A stretch of DNA of 64,000 nt from Eledone cirrhosa (Eukaryota). The stretch covers positions 209,002,001 to 209,066,000 of the forward strand of contig OZ024740.1 of the NCBI GenBank assembly GCA_964016885.1, read 5' to 3'. Positions 63,481 through 64,000 of this stretch are shown here, piece by piece; position 1 is the first letter of the stretch; each line of letters starts with the position of its first letter. The translations under genes were made by a program, and so were the position numbers. The notes beneath the pieces are model-generated. The model had not been told where the DNA came from, did no database searches, and worked only from the letters and a program-made list of their open reading frames with translations.

Positions 63481-64000
63481 CATATTTAAACCATTTGACC
63501 TCTAAAATAAATCTAGCTTGCTTCTCCCAGAGAAATCCTGTACATATACTTAACTAAATATACTGTATTTTACCTATAATATTTACTAGCTGATGTACCC
63601 AGCTTCACCCGGGTAAACAGATGATAAGAGAAGACAGGTAAAAGAGAAAATGACTGTATTGGATGTTTGTTTGGTTACACTATGAGGCGAGTCCGTGGTG
63701 TCTGTGTGATACGAAAAACAGTAAAAAAATCTTCCAGATATAACAGATTCTTCGTTGTACCGTTTGTGCATAGTATATGAACAATTCTAGGTGCTCCCAC
63801 CTAGAATAGTGACCTCTAGAAGATGGTTCATCTTCTGCCTGACTGTAAAACGTGTATCATTGCATAGACGTGGTTGTTCCACGTTTCTCAAAAGTATGAT
63901 GGAAGTTCCAATCTTTTATATTATATGTAGATATAGATATAGATTATTAATATAAAAGATATCCGTCAATGTAAAAAAAGGTCCCTATTTATTCCCTTCA

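Overview
AT-rich, microsatellite-dense eukaryotic DNA, most likely from a coleoid cephalopod (Octopus-like; inferred from the gene and the SINE families). One host gene is present. It is a 9-exon CRAL-TRIO/GOLD (SEC14-like) gene on + (1141-21493, 347 aa from the ATG at 1144) that closely matches squid retinal-binding protein. The rest is mobile DNA: many tRNA-derived SINEs, a hAT transposon with TIRs and TSD (26138-29516), two large and one small 5'-truncated Penelope-like elements (GIY-YIG, Naiad-like), RLE-type LINE fragments, MITEs, and a young Ty3/Gypsy LTR element (54169-58428) with a predicted -1 frameshift slippery site and pseudoknot. The most notable signal is more than 20 type I hammerhead ribozyme motifs. 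They lie in at least seven distinct families of short, non-coding, fold-back elements inserted in (TA)n tracts. Many share a 3' cassette with the coding Penelope-like elements: hammerhead, often AATAAA, a TACTC...GAGT stem, then (TA)n. Several have branched or extended stem II. All pairings were read by eye and none were computed.
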